From the NCBI RefSeq assembly GCF_009914755.1, contig NC_060931.1: 64,000 nucleotides of DNA; one strand, 5' to 3'. This document shows, in pieces, positions 57,574 through 64,000 of this stretch (its first letter is position 1; each line of letters starts with the position of its first letter). The position numbers and the translations under genes are program-made. The notes beneath the pieces are model-generated. The model worked only from the letters and a program-made list of their open reading frames with translations, searched no databases and had not been told where the DNA came from. The DNA is from the human T2T-CHM13v2.0 reference genome, Homo sapiens.

Positions 57574-57988
57574 TCAATTTATTCTATGAGGCCTCATTAG
57601 CTGATCCTGAAATAAGACAAAGACATTGCATAAAAAGAATACTACAGAGTAATCCCTATATGACCATAGATGCAGAAATTCTAAATATTTAAGTAAATTA
57701 AATTCAGCACAGCACTATAGAGAAAGTACAACATCTCAAGACCAGGTGTGATTTATCCCCCAAAACCACGTTGGTCTAAAATTTGAAAATCAAATAATGT
57801 AATTCATTATATTAACAAATGACATAAGCAAACTATTTTGGGTGGTGGATAGGTTCTATATCTTTATTTTGATGGTGGTTATATGATGATATTACTTGTC
57901 AAAACTTGTAAAACTATCTCTCTAAAAAGGTTGACTTCTAATCAGTAAATTATATATAACTTTTATAGAACTTTAAAAAATATATAGC

Positions 57989-59350
57989 TTTTTGTTTTTT
58001 GAGACGGAGTCTCACTCTGTTGCCAGGATGGAGTGTAGTGGTGTGTTTTGGGGGACCTGCCCCGAAAATCACATACGTTCTTTTCTATTTTCCTAAGTGT
58101 TGGCTGGCTTGAGAAATAAAGGGACAGAGTACAAAAGAGAGAAATTTTAAAGCTGGGCGTCTGGGGGAGACATCACACGTTGGTAGGATCTGTGATGCCC
58201 CATAAGCCGCAAAAACCAGCAAGTTTTATTAGGGAGTTTCAAAAAGGGAGGGAGTGTGCGAATAGGTGTGAGTGACAGACATCAAGTACTTAACAGGGTA
58301 ATAGAATATCACAAGGCAAGTGGAGGCAGGGCGAGATCACAGGACCACAGCTCCAAGGCGAAATTAAAATTGCTAATGAAGTTTCAGGCACCATTGTCAT
58401 TGATAACATCTTTTCAGGAGAGAGGGTTTTGAGATCAACTGGTCTGACCAAAATTTATTAGGTGGGAATTTCCTCTTCCTAATAAGGCTGAGAGCATTAT
58501 GGGAGACTGGAGTCTATTTCACCTCTGCAGTCTCGACCATAAGAGACTACCATGCCCAGGGGGGCCAGTTTAGAGACCTACCCCTAGGTGCACATTCTCT
58601 TTCTCAGGGACGTTCCATGCTGAGAAAAAGAATTCAGCGATATTTCTCCCATTTGCTTTTGAAAGAAGAGAAACATGGCTCTGTTCTGCCCAGCTCACAG
58701 GCGGTCAGAGTTTAAGGTTATCTGTCTTATTCCCTGAACAATTGCTGTTATCCTGTTCTTTTTTCAGGGTGCCCACATTTCATATTGCTCAAACACACAG
58801 GCTGTACAATTTGTGTAGTTAACGCAATTATTACAGGGTCCTGAGATGATATACATCCTCCTCAACTGACAGGATTGAGAGATTAAATTAAAGACAGGCA
58901 TAGGAAATCACAAGGGTATTGATTGGGGAACTGATAAGTGTCCATGAAATCTTTACAATTTATGTTTAGAGATTGCAGTAAAGACGGGCATAAGAAATTA
59001 CAAAAGTATTAATTTGGGGAACTAATAAATGTCCATAAAATCTTCACAATCCATGTTCTTCTGCCATGGTTTCAGCCGGTCCCTCTGTTTGGGGTCCCTG
59101 ACTTCCCGCAACAGGTGTGATCTCAGCTTACTGCAACCTCCTCCCGGGTTCAAGTGATTCTCCTGACTCAGCCTCCCAAGTAGCTAGAACTACAAGTGTG
59201 CGCGACCATGCCCAGCTAATTTTTATATTTTTAGTAGAGACGGGGTTTCACAATGTTGGCCAGGATGGTCTCGATTTCTTGATGTCATTGTCTGCCTGCC
59301 TTGGCCTTCCAAAATGCTGGGATCACAGCCGTGAGCCACTGTACCCAGCC
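57989..59350 (-). mobile_element. AluSc split by a MER11C LTR (57989-58045 and 59114-59350)
   Basis: Alu sequence is continuous across the LTR; Alu TSD tatatagctttt/tatataactttt. Confidence 0.93.
58046..59113 (-). mobile_element. MER11C-like solo LTR (HERV-K11/HML-8)
   Basis: Right end ggggtccctgacttcccgcaaca (reverse of the MER11 start tgttgcgggaagtcagggacccc); 1068 bp; perfect 6-bp TSD ggtgtg at 58040 and 59114. Confidence 0.94.
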
Positions 59351-60134
59351 TATATAACTTTTATATAAATAAAACTTTTAAAAAGCACATTCATAGAATG
59401 AAATTTGTAATGTGGTAAGAAAGATTTTGCTAAATACACATGGTTAAATGACTTGAAGTTAGTGTTTCTGATATTTTATTTAACCATCTTTTGCTCTCTG
59501 ATTCCCTGACCACAGAAACTAATGATGGATAACAATTAATCAAACATTTTCTGCGTTGAAGTACAAAGATGAACATAGTGTATTCTGCCATAAATGTTCT
59601 TGTCCATATGTTAGAGGTACAATATTGGCACTGAAGCCTGATGTCCATCTGGACAAAGGTACATTTACTGCATGAGGCAAAAGTTTCAAAACCCACCATC
59701 TGTTTGTATGTCATTTTTGCAAAAATTCAAAACCTGTAAAGAAAAGAATATGTATATGCAGAAATACCACAGAGATAGTGTTTCATTTATTTAGCCCAAT
59801 AAAATGTGTTTCATAAAAATCTATTGAAAATCATCAAATGAAATATCTTTGCTGTTTTGAAAATATATATATACTCCATATGATCTGTGTAATAATAACT
59901 AATGGGTATACTGAACATCAAGTCCAAAGTGTCTTATTAAATTTCAGTTATCTTCCCTTTGGCTAATAATTTATAATTTAGATAAAACCAGGTTTATCCT
60001 GCTATATTTAAAAGTGCTCATCACTTGTGATGTTTGTGGAATTGTGGATATCAACTGATAAATGGACAGATTAGTAAAATGTATTACTTATTGGGAATTG
60101 GTAGTTAGTCCTTAATTATGTGTTATTTCTACAA

Positions 60135-60322
60135 GCAGCAGTGTGAAATAGTTAAAAGCACAGACAGTGGAAAAACATACACCAACATTCAAATCCTGAT
60201 TTTTTCCCTTTTCCAGTTGTATGGCCTTAGGCAGTCATTATATCTTTTCCTCAATTTCCTCTGTTGTGAAGAAGTGATAATAATATTGGCTTGTCAGTTA
60301 CTGTGAGCATTAAACGAAATCA
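60135..60322 (+). mobile_element. MIR
   Basis: gcagcagtgtg..gttaaaagcacagac..ttcaaatcctg..ccttaggcagtca..cctcaatttcctc. Confidence 0.75.
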
Positions 60323-60327
60323 GGGAA

Positions 60328-60668
60328 GGTCTTAGTTCAGTCTCCTATAACAAAATGCCATAGACAGGGTGGCTTATAAACCACTGGAATTTATTTCTCA
60401 CAGTTCTGGAGTCTGTAAGTGTGATATCAGAGTGCTAGTATGGTTGGTTGATGGGGGCCCATTTCTAGGTTGCTAACTGCTGACTTCCCATTGTATCATC
60501 CCATGGCAGAAAGAGGGCTAGTTAGGTCTCTGGCCTCTTGTTATAAGAGCACTAATTCTACCAAGGAGGGCTCCACTCTCATTACATAATTACCTCCCAA
60601 AGGCCCCACTTTCAAATACCATCACATTGGGATTAGGGTCGGCGGACACACACTTTCAGTCTATTGCA
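60328..60668 (-). mobile_element. MLT1A-like MaLR solo LTR
   Basis: gtcttagttc..ctataacaaaatgccatagac.gggtggcttataaac..atttatttctcacagttctgga..acctcccaaaggcccca..aataccatcacattggg..ttcagtctattgca. Confidence 0.9.
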
Positions 60669-60789
60669 GTATAGCAGAATTATTATTCATAATAATACAT
60701 ACAATATTTATTAGTATGCTTATTACCTTAAAATGTACTTGTTTCCCATGTAAGCATAAACATTGAAGGGTGGCTAATGGAATATTCAT

Positions 60790-60897
60790 ATTACTAACTT
60801 AATTACATCTTTTAAGCCCTTTTTACCAAGTAAGATCATGTTCACAGTTTCCAGGTAAAATATATTTTTTTGGGGGGGCACCATTAAATTCACTATA
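60790..60897 (-). mobile_element. MLT1 LTR fragment
   Basis: aacttaattacatct..ccaagtaagatca.gttcacag..ggggggcaccatt.aa..cactata. Confidence 0.6.
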
Positions 60898-61945
60898 CTT
60901 CTTAAACGGTTACATCTTCCTACCATTTGCTCCTTCAAAATAGAATCACATAGTTTTGTACATCTTATCTATTTTTGCACCCAAACGCGTAAACTGGTTG
61001 TTTCCACTGTGTTCTAGTCTTATATTGTAAGTCTTGATATGAATCCTTGGTGCAGATGAACCTAAAATTCCCTCCCGTAGCATCAGTACATCTGCTGATT
61101 CTTATAAGAAATGAAGGCATAATCAAGTGCTGAGTGTTTTTGTAGAACATTGAAGTACAAAAATGCATGTGATTTGGACTTTACTGGTAATCGACAAAGT
61201 TGGAGGATTCAGTTCTACAAAGGTTGTGATCTCAGTTTTAAAACCAAACTCATAAAAAATAGTTCAAAATCACCAAGGAGACAACTCAACATTAATCATA
61301 AGAGAGTAGTGTATAATTTCCTTGCTGAAACAAATCACATCTCCTCTTCTAACTAGTCTATACACAAGCCATTAGGATTTCTGTTTATAAAATAAAGAAA
61401 TGTATTTATGTTTTGTAGTCAGATTTTTTTAAATATTAGTGACCCTAAAATTCTTTTAAATACTTCTGACAAAGTTCCAATATTTTTAGATTATATATTT
61501 GTGAGCTATAGGAATGCTAATGAAAGTTCTGCCACCATAAAAGAAAATAAATACTACAATAAAAATACCAAATATGTGTGTCTGGTTATGATTAAGTGTT
61601 TTTGTAACCAACACATTTTGGGGAAGATTTTAATGAAAATCAAGTGTGTCAAAGAAGAAGAAACACTTCCCAGATTATGTTTGTTTCAAATATAATATCT
61701 TGGATTCAGTAAAGTTTAAGAAATGTGTGTAGTTAGTAGATTAAATATGATACTGGATATTATTAATTTACAGTAAGTATATGAAATGATGTAATTGTAG
61801 TAATAATTGTTTGCATGTTATCAACTGGTATAATAAAAATAATATACTTGGGGAAGAGGATCTGTGTTTGAGTCTTTTTTCTAATATCATGAATTTGGAC
61901 AAGTTTCATATGAAATCTAAACTTCAGTTAATAGTCTAAAAATAT

Positions 61946-62030
61946 GATCACTTGAACCTGGGAGGCAGAGGTTTCAGGGAGCTGAGATTGCACCACTGCA
62001 CTCCAGCCTGGGCAACAGAGTGAGACTCTG

Positions 62031-62076
<46 letters not shown>
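61946..62076 (+). mobile_element. 5'-truncated Alu right-arm fragment with a pure A46 tail
   Basis: atcacttgaacctgggaggcagagg..ccactgcactccagcctgggcaacagagtgagactctg followed by A at 62031-62076. Confidence 0.93.
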
Positions 62077-62080
<4 letters not shown>

Positions 62081-62189
62081 AGTAATCATGCCCACCTACC
62101 AGTTTCCATGGAAAGATTAAATAAGGTAACAGATAAAGCCAATTTATGGTTTTAGAAAAATAAAAAGTCAACAATAAACCTCTGTTTTA

Positions 62190-63400
62190 GATTTTATTTT
62201 AATTAACAAATATTAATTGTACATATTTATGGGGCACAATGTAATATCTTGATATATTTACACATTGTGTGATAATTAAATCAAGCTTATGAACATGTCC
62301 ATCACCTCATATACTTACTATTATTTTGTGATGAGGACAATTAAAATCAAATTTTAACCAACTTTCAAATATACAATACATTATTATTAACTATAGTCGC
62401 CATGCTGTTCAGTAGGCCACTAAAACGCACCTCCTCTCTAACTGAAACTTTGTACCCTTTAACCAACATCTCCTCTTTCTTCAACGTTTCCCCTTCATCC
62501 TCTGGTAACAAACTGCTTCTATGAGTCTGACATTTTTAGATTTTACATACAAGTGAGATTTTATAGTACTTATCTTTCTCTGTCTTGCTTATTTCACTTA
62601 GCATAATGTCCCCCAGATTCATCTATGTTTTTAGAAATAATCAATTTTCTTCTTTTATAAGGCTGTATAGTATTCTATTGTGCATGTATACCATATTTTC
62701 TTTATCCAGTCATTCATTGATAGACCTTAGTTTGCTTCCATTTCTTGCCTATTGTGAATAATGCCTCAAAAACGTAGGAGGGCAAATATGTTTGTAACAT
62801 ACTGATTTTAATTCCTTTGGATACATATCCAGAAGTAGAATTGCTAGTTTATATAGTATTTTAGTTTTTTTGAGTAATCTTCATATTTTTTTCCATAATG
62901 GCTGTATCAATTTACATGATCAACAGTGTGCAAGGGTTCCTTTTTCTCTGTTCTTGACAATATTTGATACATTCTTGTGATTTTTTTTGATAATAATCAT
63001 TCCAACAGGTCTGAGGTGGTATCTCATTGTGGTGTTAGCCAGCACTTCCCTGATGATTAGTGATGTTGAGCATTTTATCATATAGCTGTTGACTATATGT
63101 CTTCTTTTAAGAAATATCAGTTCAGGCCCTTTGTCCATTTTAAAATCAGGATTTTTTTGATTGAATTGAGATTTTTATACATTTTTGATATTAGTTCCTT
63201 ATTGGATATATGGTTTGCAAATGTTTTTCCCCAATCCATGTATTATTTCTTCACTCTGTTAGTTGTTTCCTTTGCTATGCAAAAGTTTTTTATTTGACAT
63301 AATCCTATTTTATTTTTGGTTTTGTTGTGTGTATTTTTAGGGTCATATTCATAAACCAATTACCTAGATCGATGTCATAGGGCTTTTCCTCTATGTTTTT
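62190..63400 (-). mobile_element. L1MA 3' region
   Basis: aattgtacatatttatgggg.acaatgt..ccatcacctcatatactta..aatatacaatacattattattaactatagtc; ORF2 C-terminal relic (CSTSLIIRE..TTMRYHL.PV). Confidence 0.9.
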
Positions 63401-64000
63401 TAAAGTCAGATTCTGAATATATGCATCTTGAAATTTATATTGGTTTTCATTTGCCAGGTGGTAATCTTATCAAAATTTAATAATTGCTATGATAGTATAT
63501 GATATGACATGATATAGTGATTGTTATACTTCTATTTACATTCTTTTTGAAGGAAACATGTAAGATATTCTAAAGGCTAGTTCAGAGTATTTGATCAAAC
63601 TCCCTGAATCAGACGATGACAAGAGCAAAATTTCTTTCATTTGCCATGACAGCGAAAACTCTGTGGGACACTTCTTTCACAGATAGTACTGTGGTATGCA
63701 GCAGGTCTTGAAGAGGAAAACAACCTTTTTTCTTCAGCTGATTTGAAAAATTTGAGCTTGTCATAAAGGGCAAAATGTATGGAAAATTTTCTATATATTT
63801 AATTTATGGCTTGCCTTCTTGAGAGAGGAGATATTTTAAAAAGATCTCTTAACTGCTTTTGATCAAGGTTTGTGCTTCTTTAAAAAAATCACAAATCCTG
63901 AACATTAGTTTACTCTGAATACTAATAACACAGGACATTAGAGAAATACTTTTAGCCATTGAAAGAAAAGACTTGGTTATGATAGCTATGCCCTTCTCTT

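Noticed and set aside
58880-59060. Imperfect direct repeats (aaagac.ggcata.gaaat.acaa..gtatt.att.ggggaact.ataa.tgtccat)
   Set aside because: A normal part of the MER11 LTR U3 region, not specific to this locus.

Overview
AT-rich, gene-poor primate (human-like) genomic DNA. Roughly half of it is recognisable interspersed repeat, judged by eye. I found no credible protein-coding gene, RNA gene or CRISPR array; the listed ORFs are decayed L1 ORF2, Tigger transposase, Alu read-through or chance ORFs. Main elements are L1 fragments of many ages, 8 Alus, L2/MIR relics, a two-LTR MSTD (MaLR) element, a near-complete Tigger3/Golem transposon carrying an LTR and an AluY, a two-LTR MER4A1-type provirus with a tRNA-Arg PBS, and solo LTRs (MER4B, MER4C, MER11C, MSTB, MLT1A, MLT2D). 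Subfamily names come from recalled consensus sequences, not from a RepeatMasker run. Structures the repeat annotation does not explain: a perfect 45-bp-arm palindrome at 18274-18377, two old local duplications (7838/9901 and 43323/45662), a fold-back rearrangement inside an old L1 (54530-54800), and a helically phased E-box cluster (38714-38775). I did not find a new multi-gene biological system.
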